64,000 bases of DNA from assembly GCA_963668625.2 (NCBI GenBank), contig CAXXKA010000001.1, positions 224,001 through 288,000 on the forward strand, written 5' to 3'. Both the position numbers and the translations under genes were made by a program. The notes under the pieces were generated by a model. It was not told the DNA's origin. It did not search any database and was given only the letters and a program-made list of their open reading frames with translations. Shown in pieces: positions 50,617 to 60,783 of this stretch; the stretch's first letter is position 1; every line of letters begins with the position of its first letter. This DNA comes from an uncultured candidate division Zixibacteria bacterium (lineage in GTDB: Bacteria > Zixibacteria > MSB-5A5 > UBA10806 > 4484-95).

Positions 50617-52221
50617 ATGATCAGAATATTAAATACCAAGCGCTTGGCGAACAGTAAAGGTTCTATACTCGTCTTCTCAGTTATCATATCGATCGCCACG
50701 GTTGCCCTGGGGATGGCCTATCTTCAGCAAGTCGAGCATCAGAGACGCCAGATATCGTTTGATATATTAAAATCACAGGCAATTCTGGCGGCACATGCAG
50801 CTATGGTTCGAGGTCAGGTTATTCATACTAATTCGCATAGAGATTACATGGAAGCGATGACCGAGTTTTATGGTGAAGACGGTATCTACTCGATAGAGTA
50901 TAGATACATCGCTAAAACCGGGGAAGTGGATTTGTTTGGTTACGGCGCTAATTCGAATTACTCTATTTATGGCGAAAGCAGCGTGAGCAGCGCTGATTTT
51001 GGCGGTGTGTCGTTTGACGAAACGGTATGGCATGACATGACCAAGCGTTCGTACGCTAACTGGCTTTATATTTCAGATAGAGAAACTCAATCATACAGGC
51101 CGCCTGGTTATGATATAATCACATTTTGGGGGCCGGATACTCTTGACGGTAAAGTACACTCGAACGATATGATTCATTTTGCCAGTGGTGGCGGTGGTTA
51201 TTGGCCCGTGTTCGAAAAAGAGGTTACCAGTTGTTCCTCAAGATTCGACCCCGAGGACGCCCCTGATGATGTTCATTTCAATGGCGGGTATCAGCTAAAT
51301 TATGTTTATTTCCCATTTCCGATTACTGCCGATTCGGTAAGGCGATATAACTGGTATTCGAATCCGAATCTTGGTGTTCCTGCGGCGCAACAAAGTTCCA
51401 AGGTTACCGAGATCGTTCTTCAGCCCAATTATTTTTTATGTCGTCATAGGAATATCTCCGCGGGTTCACGTAACCTCCATCATTTTGGCGTTAGCAACGG
51501 CCCTAATGAGTATGAAACCAGTTTAGTTCTTGCCGATGGTAATCCTTATTACACTTATACTTACCCACCGAACGGCGCCTTATTCATCGATGGTGAATTA
51601 TGGTTGGTTGGGCCGAATGGAGCAAACCATTTTAATTGCGGTAGTTCAGGCGAAGATGCGTATTATATTAATGGATTCAATAACCGCCTGACCATTGGCG
51701 CCTCCGGTGATATTATTATCGCCCAGGATGTGGTATACCGTGATTTCCTGGATGGCCCTGATTCAATGCTTTCCAATACAACTGCGGCTCTGGGATTGAT
51801 TTCCGAAAAGCATATCCTTGTATGGCGAAATGCACCGAGTTACGTTAAAATCACGGCCGGATTGGGAGCTATAGGTTATAATGTCGAGGAAGATTCATCA
51901 ATACACCGGTGGGATGCCAGGTGCCTGAACGAACCCGGCTTGATTCCCATCAATGGTGTGAATGGCACTATCTCCATTGATGCTATCAACTGTTACGGTT
52001 GGAATAATGAAAAGCAGGAACTGCTTATTTACGGATGCTTGATTCAGCGCGAACGCGGATTGGTTCATACCAATTACCATGAAGGCCTCCGAGGATATAT
52101 CTCTAAAGCTTACAAATACGATAACAGGTTTGTGCTCAACCCTCCGCCTCATTTCTTCGAGATTCAATCTATCGGTAATTATTACAGCGAAAAAGAGGAT
52201 GACTGGGGGGGGAGATACTAA
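50617..52221 (+). CDS. Large PilX/GspK-like minor pilin (534 aa)
   Basis: SKG/SILV prepilin-like leader without Glu5, hydrophobic helix, large G/N/Y-rich beta domain (G.VHSND, YKYDNRF...PPPHF). Confidence 0.7.
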   Translation: MIRILNTKRLANSKGSILVFSVIISIATVALGMAYLQQVEHQRRQISFDILKSQAILAAHAAMVRGQVIHTNSHRDYMEAMTEFYGEDGIYSIEYRYIAKTGEVDLFGYGANSNYSIYGESSVSSADFGGVSFDETVWHDMTKRSYANWLYISDRETQSYRPPGYDIITFWGPDTLDGKVHSNDMIHFASGGGGYWPVFEKEVTSCSSRFDPEDAPDDVHFNGGYQLNYVYFPFPITADSVRRYNWYSNPNLGVPAAQQSSKVTEIVLQPNYFLCRHRNISAGSRNLHHFGVSNGPNEYETSLVLADGNPYYTYTYPPNGALFIDGELWLVGPNGANHFNCGSSGEDAYYINGFNNRLTIGASGDIIIAQDVVYRDFLDGPDSMLSNTTAALGLISEKHILVWRNAPSYVKITAGLGAIGYNVEEDSSIHRWDARCLNEPGLIPINGVNGTISIDAINCYGWNNEKQELLIYGCLIQRERGLVHTNYHEGLRGYISKAYKYDNRFVLNPPPHFFEIQSIGNYYSEKEDDWGGRY

Positions 52222-52277
52222 AGCGATTTAGTAAATAAATGTTTAATGTTAATAAATAGAATAGCTGAAAGGTTAAT

Positions 52278-53327
52278 ATGGCAAGATCGGTTGTAGGCCT
52301 GGATATTGGGAGCTTTGCCATAAAGTTGGTAGAACTTGAGAACGAGGGGGGTAGATACAAGGTCAAAAATTTCTACATCAGGGATCTTTATGGGCCCGGT
52401 GAGGAATATGACAATGAAGGCCCCGGTGTCAGCAGGCTCGAGAAGGCGTTGAAAGAGACATTCGGCTCGACCAAACTCAATCCCCGCCGTTTAAAATATC
52501 TGAATCTGGGTTTAGGCGGCCCCTCCGTTTCGGTTAAACAGATTAAATCAATCTCGTTATCACCCGAGGAAATGGAATCATCGCTCGTGTTCGAGGCCAG
52601 GAAGCATCTGCCCCTGGATGAATCGGATGCAATTATCGACTCCCAGATTCTTCGCGGTGACATGGAATCGCAGGATATGGATATCTTACTGGTAGCCACC
52701 ACCAAGAAGGTTTTCGACAATCAACTAACCCTTCTGAAAAGCGTGGGAGCGAAACCTAATATCCTGGACGCCGAGGTGTTGGCGCTGGTTAACAGCTATC
52801 TGGTCACTCAGGGATCGTTAATTGGTGATGACGCGTTGGTCTTTTTGAATATCGGCGCCAAATATACGACAATTACTATCGTGGGTGAGAATAGCATGAT
52901 ATTCTCCCGTGATATCACCTGGGCCGGAATCAATTTCACCGAGGATATCAAAACCAAAATGAAAGTAGATTACGAGGAAGCCGAGGTGATAAAGCGCGAA
53001 AGAGGTATGGGCGCTATGATAGGTTCGGATGACGGTTCGACTGGTATTCGTGTCGCCCGCCGTATGGCCAGTGATCAACTGGTGGATGAGATTCGCCGGT
53101 CTATTCGCTATTATACCAAGGAAACAGGTGTGCGCGAGTTCCAGAAGGTACTTCTTTGCGGAGGTACGGCGGTATTGCCGAATCTGAACTCTCACCTGGC
53201 TCAATCGCTGAGCATGACAGTTGAAATTTACAATCCGTTTAATGGCATGATTACCCCGCCCGGCCTGGATGACCAGGTTGGAACTCGTCTGGCAGTAGCC
53301 TGCGGGCTGGCGATGAGGGAGGATTAA
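52278..53327 (+). CDS. pilM: Type IV pilus assembly protein PilM
   Basis: VGLDIGS.AIKLVEL actin-like fold, LNIGA, LCGG, NPF. Confidence 0.9.
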   Translation: MARSVVGLDIGSFAIKLVELENEGGRYKVKNFYIRDLYGPGEEYDNEGPGVSRLEKALKETFGSTKLNPRRLKYLNLGLGGPSVSVKQIKSISLSPEEMESSLVFEARKHLPLDESDAIIDSQILRGDMESQDMDILLVATTKKVFDNQLTLLKSVGAKPNILDAEVLALVNSYLVTQGSLIGDDALVFLNIGAKYTTITIVGENSMIFSRDITWAGINFTEDIKTKMKVDYEEAEVIKRERGMGAMIGSDDGSTGIRVARRMASDQLVDEIRRSIRYYTKETGVREFQKVLLCGGTAVLPNLNSHLAQSLSMTVEIYNPFNGMITPPGLDDQVGTRLAVACGLAMRED

Positions 53328-53328
53328 G

Positions 53329-53904
53329 ATGACTAATGTGAAGTACAAAATAAATCTTAATAAAGCCTCCAATCGCCTCGATCAATTCGAGCAGGCACAG
53401 GTACGCAGACGGATTGTCGCGTTCGGGCTTTTCTTCTTCTTACTCGTTGCCGTAACCGGTGTGGCTGTGTATTTCTCCTTGACTACGGAGAAACGAATTC
53501 AAGCTTACGAGGATGAGGTTGCCCAAATAGACTCCGAAATCGAGGCGCTTACCGCCTCCTCGCAATACCTTTCACCTCAGGATATTTTCGCCCTGGCCGA
53601 GCTGGCAAACAATCGCTTGACCTGGACGGAAAAATTCAATGTGCTGGGTAAAATATTACCTCCGGATGTTACGATTACCGAATTGTACTATGATGAGGGA
53701 TTTAACGTATTAAGAATCAAGGGTATTTCTAAGGTAAAGGCCAATACCCGCGACCTCGATCTGGTGGTTTCGATAATTAACTTGATTGAAAAAGACGATG
53801 ATTTTGCCAAAGATTTCATGGATATCAGATTCTCCTCATCGACTCGGATTAAATTCCGGGAGCAGGAATTGATAGAGTTTGAAATCGAATGCTTGGTGGG
53901 TTGA
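53329..53904 (+). CDS. pilN: PilN
   Basis: INL motif, TM, coiled coil, LPPDV.I; position after pilM. Confidence 0.8.
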   Translation: MTNVKYKINLNKASNRLDQFEQAQVRRRIVAFGLFFFLLVAVTGVAVYFSLTTEKRIQAYEDEVAQIDSEIEALTASSQYLSPQDIFALAELANNRLTWTEKFNVLGKILPPDVTITELYYDEGFNVLRIKGISKVKANTRDLDLVVSIINLIEKDDDFAKDFMDIRFSSSTRIKFREQELIEFEIECLVG

Positions 53905-53911
53905 GGTAGTT

Positions 53912-54517
53912 ATGAAGAAAAATTTGATAATCGCAATCGTACTTCTGGCCTACCTGGGAGGATTCTATTATTACTATAATCAGGTAATAGAACCTCAGCC
54001 CCGGAAGTTAAACGAACTTCGTGATAAATTGGCCGAAAAAAGACGTCAGCATTTATCGGCTCAGATCATCTCGAAGAACTTGGAAAATGTCAATATTCTA
54101 CTGGAGAATAACCTGGTCGAAAATATAAGCGATTCCCTGGCCCAGGCCGCCAGCATTCCTTTTTTGAATTATCTGACGGGTTTGATGGATGATCTGGGTA
54201 TAGTGCTTATTTCGATGAGACCCTCAACGATCTCGAGATGGGATGAGTACACGGAGGGTAATCCTATCGACCAGGAATACATTGAAATACCATATAACAT
54301 GCAGATACTGGCCAGCTATAAACAGCTCGGCAAGTTTCTGGAAAATCTGGAGCGTTCGCCCCGGTTGATCAAAGTGGCGCGTGTTCAGATTCTCAATCCC
54401 AGGGATTTCGCGTTTTACGATGGTGAGGTCAGTGGCCGACCGGATCAGCATAAGATTAACCTGATAGTCCATACAATGACAATATTGAAAGCGAGTTTTA
54501 AAGGTGGATCAAAATAG
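53912..54517 (+). CDS. pilO: PilO
   Basis: N-terminal TM, Y.EIP, SY.QLGKFLENLE.SPRLI. Confidence 0.82.
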   Translation: MKKNLIIAIVLLAYLGGFYYYYNQVIEPQPRKLNELRDKLAEKRRQHLSAQIISKNLENVNILLENNLVENISDSLAQAASIPFLNYLTGLMDDLGIVLISMRPSTISRWDEYTEGNPIDQEYIEIPYNMQILASYKQLGKFLENLERSPRLIKVARVQILNPRDFAFYDGEVSGRPDQHKINLIVHTMTILKASFKGGSK

Positions 54518-55055
54518 TTTAATCAAGGCTATAGCTTTTGTCCTGGGAGTAGGCCTGGTGCTCATGTTAAGCTGGGGTACATACAAATCGATCACGGTTT
54601 CACGAACTGATTTCAGCAATGTGGAAACCGTCGAAACACTCGATTCGGATGTTGCCCTGGCGGCGAAAATCGATTCGCTCGAGGCCAACTGGGAACGTCG
54701 CAGCCGGTACCATTTCAATGTGGATCAGGATCCTTTGTACCTCGGTAGAACTGTAATAGGATTTACCTATGGCACCGTTGGGTTCAAAGAGTTCGATGAG
54801 GGGGGAACACCCCGACTGTCCGCGACAATGGCCGTAGCGAACGAAAAGCCAATGGCCATTATCAAGTATATGGGTAAAAGCCATGTTTTACGTACTGGAG
54901 ATACATTCGGCGATGGCTACAAAGTTGTGGATATACGTCGCCAGAAAGTTGTTGTTAGCAAAAACGGTAAATCAATCACCTTGCATAACCAACCTATAGG
55001 CGGCCCTATTCTTGAGCAGGACCTGCAAGGGACATATCATTCGACTGAATGGTAA
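54504..55055 (+). CDS. PilP-like protein
   Basis: Between pilO and secretin; DP motif, AII, GD.FG, V.DI; TM anchor rather than lipobox. Confidence 0.65.
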   Translation: MDQNSLIKAIAFVLGVGLVLMLSWGTYKSITVSRTDFSNVETVETLDSDVALAAKIDSLEANWERRSRYHFNVDQDPLYLGRTVIGFTYGTVGFKEFDEGGTPRLSATMAVANEKPMAIIKYMGKSHVLRTGDTFGDGYKVVDIRRQKVVVSKNGKSITLHNQPIGGPILEQDLQGTYHSTEW

Positions 55056-55082
55056 TAATTTAGTATTTAGCGGGAGGATGTT

Positions 55083-56582
55083 TTGAAAAGACTACTGCGG
55101 ATGGGTTTTATTGCCTGTTTGGTTTTCACGGCAATGACAATCGGCGCCGGTCAACTGATCGCACAGACTAATTCGGAAATGACGAATTCACCAACAATGA
55201 AAGAGGGGCTGACACAAAATATTACGTTGGATGCCGATGATGCGTTTTTGCCTGCTGTTCTGACGGTTCTGGCTCAGAAGTCCGGCTTCAATATTGTCAC
55301 GGGCCCCGGCGTAAATAAGCAGGAACGTATCTCCGTTCATATCAAAGATACGCCAATCGAGGAAGCTATTAACCTGGTGGTAAGGGCGGCCGGATTATCC
55401 TACGAGATAATAGGTAATTCTTTTCTTGTCGCCGAGGCCAGCGCTTTAGAGCAGCAGGTAGGCCTGACAGCTCATGTGTACGACCTTCAATACGCTAATG
55501 CCACGGAGGTCAAAGAGCTGTTAACGGACTTAACCGAGAATGTTCAGGTCGATACCTCGGGCAATAGAATCCTGGTTTTATCATCACCAAAAATAGCATC
55601 CGAAATTCAGGATATAATTCAGAGAATCGATATCGCCCCGATGCAGATTATGCTCGAGGCCAGACTCATCGAGGTTGCAACCGAAGATCTGGACGAGTAC
55701 GGTATCGACTGGGAGAAGCTCTCATACCTCACTACCATATTAGCCGAGTCGCCGTTGAACGATGATGGCTCGAGCCGGGCGCCAACCGAGGTTGATTTCG
55801 GCGGTAACCTGCCGGAACTCGATAATCTTCCCGAAAGATATACTTTCGAGAAAATCGAGGGTTTCGATAATATAGCTAATTTCTCCAGGCAGTTAAACGC
55901 GTTCGATATAACGCTCGATTTCCTGGTAAAAAATAATAAAGCCAAGATTCTGGCTCATTCCAAGTTAACCACGGTTAATAATCGCGCGGCAAATATTCTT
56001 ATCGGTGAAACTCTTCGTTGGGCCGTAGTTTCCGAGCGAAATGCTATTGTCGAGACCGAGGAAGTCGGTATTCGTCTGGAGATAACTCCTACGATTAACT
56101 CCGGCGGTTATATCACGACTAAGGTCAATCCCGAGGTTTCATCGATTACCGAATTGGTACAGGGCATTTATCCCCGTAAAAAAATTCGTACCGCCAGCAC
56201 TACCGTACTGGTTAAGGACGGACAGAAAATATTCATCGGTGGTTTGCTTTCGGTTGATGATTCCAAGACGGAATTTAAAATGCCGTTATTCTCGGAGATT
56301 CCGCTTATCGGCAGGTTGTTTACTCACACCGAGTATACGACCCGCAAAACGGATCTTATTATCGAGATCACGCCCCGTATACTCGAGCGTGGTATAAATT
56401 ATACCGATGCCAGTAATTTCACCAGTGATGGTTATCAGATTCAGGGCGAAGGTTCGGTTACCGATTACAAAGCGATCGAACCGGATATCGAGGACCTGGA
56501 TAAATCGGCAAGAAATTTTAAAGATGAAATAAAAGAATTCCAGGATAGAGCGATTACTCCTAAAAGTGAAAAACAAGAGTAA
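55083..56582 (+). CDS. pilQ: Secretin PilQ (no AMIN domains)
   Basis: Signal peptide, LQYANA N3 domain, QIMLEARLIE, GIDW, V.VKDGQ.I.IGGL, P.FS.IPLIG.LF, IITPRI-like motif. Confidence 0.9.
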   Translation: MKRLLRMGFIACLVFTAMTIGAGQLIAQTNSEMTNSPTMKEGLTQNITLDADDAFLPAVLTVLAQKSGFNIVTGPGVNKQERISVHIKDTPIEEAINLVVRAAGLSYEIIGNSFLVAEASALEQQVGLTAHVYDLQYANATEVKELLTDLTENVQVDTSGNRILVLSSPKIASEIQDIIQRIDIAPMQIMLEARLIEVATEDLDEYGIDWEKLSYLTTILAESPLNDDGSSRAPTEVDFGGNLPELDNLPERYTFEKIEGFDNIANFSRQLNAFDITLDFLVKNNKAKILAHSKLTTVNNRAANILIGETLRWAVVSERNAIVETEEVGIRLEITPTINSGGYITTKVNPEVSSITELVQGIYPRKKIRTASTTVLVKDGQKIFIGGLLSVDDSKTEFKMPLFSEIPLIGRLFTHTEYTTRKTDLIIEITPRILERGINYTDASNFTSDGYQIQGEGSVTDYKAIEPDIEDLDKSARNFKDEIKEFQDRAITPKSEKQE

Positions 56583-56596
56583 TTAGAGGAGGTCTT

Positions 56597-59032
56597 ATGT
56601 CCCCGGGCAGGAAATTAATATTTGGAATAAGCATCGTATGCTTGTTCGCGTTATTCGCGATGTCGATATTTTCGGCATGCGATAACCGTAAGTCAATAAA
56701 TCCGCAAGTTAGTGGTACTCAAAACTTGACTATGTCACTCTCGCCCAGAAGCCTGGTAGTCCATTCGGAGACTACTCCCGACACGATCGAAATCGATGTC
56801 AGGGTTCGTAATACCGAGGGTGTCGGTATCGATAGTATTGCAGTGGATTTAACCAGGCAGCCTGAGATCGGCACTATCGTGGCCCCGGAGTTGACCTCTA
56901 ATGGCGGCCACATCAACGCCCTGTTTATAACCGATCCCGGCGCCGACCAGGAAGAAATGGTCGTCTTCACCGCAACCTCGGGTACCGATTCGGAAATTGA
57001 CACGCTTAGCATGGCCTATGCTTTCCCGACGGTTTCGATGAGTATCTTGCCGCCCGAACTGATTGTCCACTCCCTGAACAAATCGGATACTATTTATCTC
57101 GAGGTCAGGGTGAGGGATGCCGATGGTAACGGTATCGATAGCGTTGAGGTTACAATGTCAAGACAACCCGAACTCGGCACTATCATCGTTGACGAGGTTA
57201 CCACCGAGGGCGGTCTCGCCTCGGGTTACTATATTACCGATCCGGGTATTTCATCCGACACCGCAATTTATATCTCGGCTACAGCCGGTAACATGGTCGA
57301 TCTTGATACTCTTAATATCCTGGTATCGCTCCAGGGCGAGATCGACACCATGAATATCTCGCTCGGAAAAACCTCCTTGCTGGCTGATGGCGCAGATAAT
57401 ACTACGATTTACGTGTCAGTAATCGATACGACCGGTGTTCCTATCAGTGATGGAACTAAAGTCACGATTAAAAAATATGGAGCTTTATACGGCGGTCAAC
57501 TGGATTCATCGACTACTCAAACCGAAAATGGATTAGCGACATTCGTTTTAACGGCGCCGTCGATAATCGATTCCTCGGTTATTATCGAGGTTGAAACGAT
57601 TCTCGCCTATGCTACCAGTGAATCTGGAGCCGTTAAAGAGGCTCTCGCCACGATAACATATTTGCCGGGAAACCCGGTGGTACTCGATATTACCTCCAAT
57701 CCTGTCGATATGGTGGCCGGTTCAGGCACGTATCAGACTATAAGTTGTACGGTTTATGACGCTAATGGTAATTTCGTTAGAAATGGCACTCAGATAAGAT
57801 ATCAGAACCAACTTGCCTCATCTGATATAACGGCTTTGACAACTACCGAGAATGGAGCTGCTGAAGCGGTATATACGGTTGGCACCGAGGCCGGTTTCGA
57901 CGAGATAAGAGCGTTTTATAACAAGCCCGGATCGACCGATACGTTGTGGTCGGATGCGGTGTCCGTACATATTGCCTCCTCATTCCCGACGAACATTGCT
58001 CTAACTACTACCAATCCTGAGATAGAGGTTGGTGGTAATGCTACTATCGTTAAAGCGACCATGCAGGATGAAAACGGTAATCCATTAAGTGAGGGTTATG
58101 AGATCAGGTTCGAAATCACAGCCGCTCCTTCTATGATAGTTCATCCCAACAGCCCCTCATTCAGGTATGTCCCGACCGTAGATTCGGTTTGCCTCGAGAC
58201 TACGGAGATGACCAACGTGAATGGTGTAGCTTCAGTAACGATGTTCTCGGGTAATAGAGCAGGCACGGTTAGAATTAAAGCCACCTCAGTGGATGATGAA
58301 AATATCTTTAAGGAGAAACCTCTAATTACCATTCAATCCGGCCCTCCGTATATTATTGATATCTATCAATCCAATATTGCCGAGGCCGTAGAGGAGGCTA
58401 TCGTAACAGGTATTACGGCCGCGATCTGGGATTCGTTCACTAACCCGGTCGAGCCCAAAACTGCCGTCTGGTTCGGTTTAATTCCCGATTCGATCGGCTA
58501 TATCTACGGATTCGCTTATACCGGCGGTTATCAGGATGAGGAAGACACCACTATAATAATCGGTATTCCCGGTCAGGCAAGCACATGGATGTCTTACGGT
58601 TGTACGCATACATTCGATACGGTACGCGTAGTTGCCAACGCCGGTGAATTATATGACACCAGCGGAGCGATCGTGTTGGCATTGTACGATGGCGAGATAT
58701 CTCTCGACGCCAATCCAGGCGTGCTGTATGTCGCATTAGACCAAACTGAATGTTCAGATATTACTGCTCTGCTCCAGGATGGCTTAGGATGTCCAATTCA
58801 TAACGGCGTGATTCTATTTTCAGCCAGTGGTTGCGGATATATCGACGGCCAATCGATAGACACGACTGATTCGGATGGCTATGCTTATACGGAATTTTGT
58901 ATCGACTACAATCAGATTCCAGAACGCGAACCTCCGTTGCCTCCGGCCTGTGACGGTAGAGTTATAGCCAAACTGAGAGGTTATTCGGACGTTGAAGCTG
59001 AAGTCATTATTTTCTGTACTGTTGATGATTGA
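56597..59032 (+). CDS. 811-aa lipoprotein of tandem Ig-like (invasin/Big-1-like) domains
   Basis: Lipobox FSAC; repeated V.D..G..(I/V)..G..(V/I).F and T..NG.A motifs; T/D/S/I-rich. Confidence 0.75.
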   Translation: MSPGRKLIFGISIVCLFALFAMSIFSACDNRKSINPQVSGTQNLTMSLSPRSLVVHSETTPDTIEIDVRVRNTEGVGIDSIAVDLTRQPEIGTIVAPELTSNGGHINALFITDPGADQEEMVVFTATSGTDSEIDTLSMAYAFPTVSMSILPPELIVHSLNKSDTIYLEVRVRDADGNGIDSVEVTMSRQPELGTIIVDEVTTEGGLASGYYITDPGISSDTAIYISATAGNMVDLDTLNILVSLQGEIDTMNISLGKTSLLADGADNTTIYVSVIDTTGVPISDGTKVTIKKYGALYGGQLDSSTTQTENGLATFVLTAPSIIDSSVIIEVETILAYATSESGAVKEALATITYLPGNPVVLDITSNPVDMVAGSGTYQTISCTVYDANGNFVRNGTQIRYQNQLASSDITALTTTENGAAEAVYTVGTEAGFDEIRAFYNKPGSTDTLWSDAVSVHIASSFPTNIALTTTNPEIEVGGNATIVKATMQDENGNPLSEGYEIRFEITAAPSMIVHPNSPSFRYVPTVDSVCLETTEMTNVNGVASVTMFSGNRAGTVRIKATSVDDENIFKEKPLITIQSGPPYIIDIYQSNIAEAVEEAIVTGITAAIWDSFTNPVEPKTAVWFGLIPDSIGYIYGFAYTGGYQDEEDTTIIIGIPGQASTWMSYGCTHTFDTVRVVANAGELYDTSGAIVLALYDGEISLDANPGVLYVALDQTECSDITALLQDGLGCPIHNGVILFSASGCGYIDGQSIDTTDSDGYAYTEFCIDYNQIPEREPPLPPACDGRVIAKLRGYSDVEAEVIIFCTVDD
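56732..57343 (+). repeat. Intragenic tandem duplication, 2 x 306 nt (102 aa)
   Basis: Matching L.VHS...DTI...VRVR...G.GIDS..V...RQPE.GTI....T..GG.....ITDPG blocks offset by 306 nt. Confidence 0.8.
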
Positions 59033-59051
59033 GGAAGGAAGTAAATTGTAA

Positions 59052-60758
59052 ATGCAGTTGCTTGGCGAAATACTTATTAGAGAAAACATCATTTCTGAAA
59101 AAGATGTAGAAACTGCTTTAAAAAAACAAGCCGATTACGGCGGTAAAAGACTGGGAGAGGTATTAATCGCCGAGGGTTTTATAACCGATGAGAACCTCGC
59201 GAAAGCTCTTTCCGAACAATTGTTAATTCCTCTTATAGGTCCCGAGGACCTGATAAAGATAGGTAAAGAATCGTTAGAGTATATTCCCGAGTTTTTCGCT
59301 AGGGAATATCACTGTATCCCGAGGGAGGTCGAAAACGGCGGTATTGAGGTCGTGATGGTTGATCCCGAGGATATAGTCGTAATAGACAATATCCGCAAGA
59401 TAACCTCCCTGGATGTTATCCCGGTAATAGGCGCCCAGAGTGTTATCGATGAGGCTATCGAACGCCATTACAAAGAGCTTCGGACTACCGGCGAGGTTAC
59501 CGACGCTCTTTCCGAAATGGATTTCATCGTGGCCGGCGAGGATGGGGAGATCGATGATATCGATGTCAACGACCTCAAAAAGCAGCTCGATGAAGCGCCG
59601 ATCGTTAAACTCGTTAACCTGGTAATTTCCGAGGCGATTAAAGTAAGGGCTACCGATATTCATATCGAGCCGCTGTTCGATTCGCTGCTGGTAAGGTTTC
59701 GTATTGACGGCGCTCTACAGGATATCATGACCGCTCCTTTGAAATCCGCTCACGGTGTTATCTCCAGGATCAAAGTTATGGCCAGCCTGAATATTGCCGA
59801 AAGGCGCTTGCCCCAGGATGGCCGTATATCGATCAAGATGCCCGATAAAGAAGTCGATATCAGGGTATCGATCATACCGACTGTGAGAGGCGAAAAAGTA
59901 GTGCTTCGTCTTCTGGATAAAAAAGGCTTTGCTTTTACTTTGCCTTCTCTGGGTTTCGAAGCTGAGATGCTGGATATCTTCCGTAAGTGGATCATGAAAC
60001 CCTACGGCATGGTTATAGTATCCGGCCCGACCGGTAGTGGTAAATCGACCACTCTTCACGCCGCCTTGAAAGAGGTACAGCGCGAGGAAGATAATATCGT
60101 AACCGTTGAGGACCCTGTTGAGTACCAGATCGACAGGATCAGCCAGATAGCTACGAAAGAGGATATCGGTCTGACCTTCGGCGCGTCGCTTCGTTCGATT
60201 CTCCGTCAGGATCCGGATAAAGTGCTGATAGGTGAGATTCGTGACCAGGAGACTGCCGATATCGCGATTAAGTTCGCCCTGACAGGTCACCTGGTGTTCA
60301 CTACTCTTCACGCCAATGATTCACCATCGACGATAACCAGGCTTCTGGATATCGGCGTGCCGCGTTACCTGGTGGGTTCGACCCTGAATCTTATCATGTC
60401 GCAGAGGCTGTTAAGAACCCTGTGTTCGGCCTGTAAAGAGGAGTACGAACCATCCGATGAGGAACTGGCGAAAATCGAGTTGGATCGCTCGCGAATAGCC
60501 GGTAAGAAAATATACCGTCCCAAGGGCTGTGTACGTTGCCGTAAAACCGGTTACTACGGTCGTACGGGTTTATTCGAGCTTTTGGAGGTCAAACTACCCA
60601 TCCGCAAATTGATTTTCGAGGGTAAGGACCAGGATGATATCAGGTTTGCCGCTAAAGAGCAGGGCATGGTTACCCTTCGCGATGCCGGTATACTTAAGGT
60701 GTTATCCGGGTTAACCTCCATTGAGGAAGTGGCCAGAACCACGGTTGAAGATGATTAG
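59052..60758 (+). CDS. pilB: Type IV pilus extension ATPase PilB with MshEN N-terminus
   Basis: ATDIHIEP, ERRLPQDGR, GPTGSGKSTT, LRQDPD, CSAC/CVRC zinc motif. Confidence 0.93.
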   Translation: MQLLGEILIRENIISEKDVETALKKQADYGGKRLGEVLIAEGFITDENLAKALSEQLLIPLIGPEDLIKIGKESLEYIPEFFAREYHCIPREVENGGIEVVMVDPEDIVVIDNIRKITSLDVIPVIGAQSVIDEAIERHYKELRTTGEVTDALSEMDFIVAGEDGEIDDIDVNDLKKQLDEAPIVKLVNLVISEAIKVRATDIHIEPLFDSLLVRFRIDGALQDIMTAPLKSAHGVISRIKVMASLNIAERRLPQDGRISIKMPDKEVDIRVSIIPTVRGEKVVLRLLDKKGFAFTLPSLGFEAEMLDIFRKWIMKPYGMVIVSGPTGSGKSTTLHAALKEVQREEDNIVTVEDPVEYQIDRISQIATKEDIGLTFGASLRSILRQDPDKVLIGEIRDQETADIAIKFALTGHLVFTTLHANDSPSTITRLLDIGVPRYLVGSTLNLIMSQRLLRTLCSACKEEYEPSDEELAKIELDRSRIAGKKIYRPKGCVRCRKTGYYGRTGLFELLEVKLPIRKLIFEGKDQDDIRFAAKEQGMVTLRDAGILKVLSGLTSIEEVARTTVEDD

Positions 60759-60783
60759 TAATTAACAAACTAGCAGGTTACAA

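Noticed and set aside
52205-52212. G8 tract in the PilX-like gene as a phase-variation site
   Set aside because: It is in the last five codons; slippage would change only a few terminal residues
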